From Heterodontus francisci (Eukaryota), in contig NC_090399.1 in NCBI RefSeq assembly GCF_036365525.1, forward strand, positions 46,780,430-46,844,429: a DNA stretch of 64,000 nucleotides, written 5' to 3'. A program made the position numbers and the translations under genes. The notes under the pieces are model-generated. The model worked only from the letters and a program-made list of their open reading frames with translations, had not been told where the DNA came from and searched no databases. Each line of letters begins with the position of its first letter. Within the stretch, counting starts at the first letter, position 1. Of the stretch, positions 63,601 to 64,000 are shown piece after piece.

Positions 63601-64000
63601 TTTGATAAAGTACCACAGAGTAGGTTCATTGCCAAGACCAGAACGTGATTCAGGACAAAAGTAGTGGAATAGATAGCAAGCTGACGAAAAAATTGTATCG
63701 CGGGAGTATGGGTTAAAGGTAATTGCACGGATTGTAAATTATATGGAGTAGCGTCCCACATGGAATGGTACTGGGACCACTCCATTTACCATTTACATAA
63801 GCTTCTTGCACTTGAGAAACAAAAATATAATTTCAAAATTTTCGGTTGTCAACAGATTTGGAGTATAGTTTGCAAAGAGAAGGACTGCAACAATTTACAG
63901 GTAGACATTAATAAATGTGCAGAATGGACGCAAAACTGGAAAATAAACTGTAGATACGTGTGAGGTAATACATAGTTGCAAAACAAAACAAAAACGTAAT

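Larger units (their letters stand above)
52158..64000. repeat. Tandem segmental duplication unit 3 (partial, runs off the window)
   Basis: Collinear with units 1/2; window end corresponds to ~16510 of unit 1; lacks the intronic full-length CR1. Confidence 0.88.

Overview
Non-coding-rich vertebrate DNA, almost certainly from a cartilaginous fish (HE1/V-SINE-type SINEs, HER1/CR1-type LINEs and Penelope-like elements typical of sharks; species not determinable). The window is about 2.5 turns of a tandem segmental duplication, with equivalent points at ~54, ~23701 and ~52158. Each turn carries an intact two-exon, minus-strand class A GPCR of the GPR139/GPR142-like type. A 70-nt first coding exon missed by the ORF track splices across a 4.8-8.9 kb intron to a 905-nt exon, giving a 324-aa protein. 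All three copies have a compact TATA + C/EBP + octamer promoter. The two complete turns also hold a divergent plus-strand GPCR pseudogene broken by LINE insertions. Presence/absence of TE insertions indicates that the middle gene is an unequal-crossover chimera, and there are patchy near-identical tracts suggestive of gene conversion. Other highlights: a very young CR1 ORF2 (~860 uninterrupted codons), full-length CR1s with monomeric 5' repeats, a LINE/SINE deletion series sharing 5' and 3' sequence, and hammerhead-ribozyme remnants in Penelope termini. All alignments and counts were done by eye.
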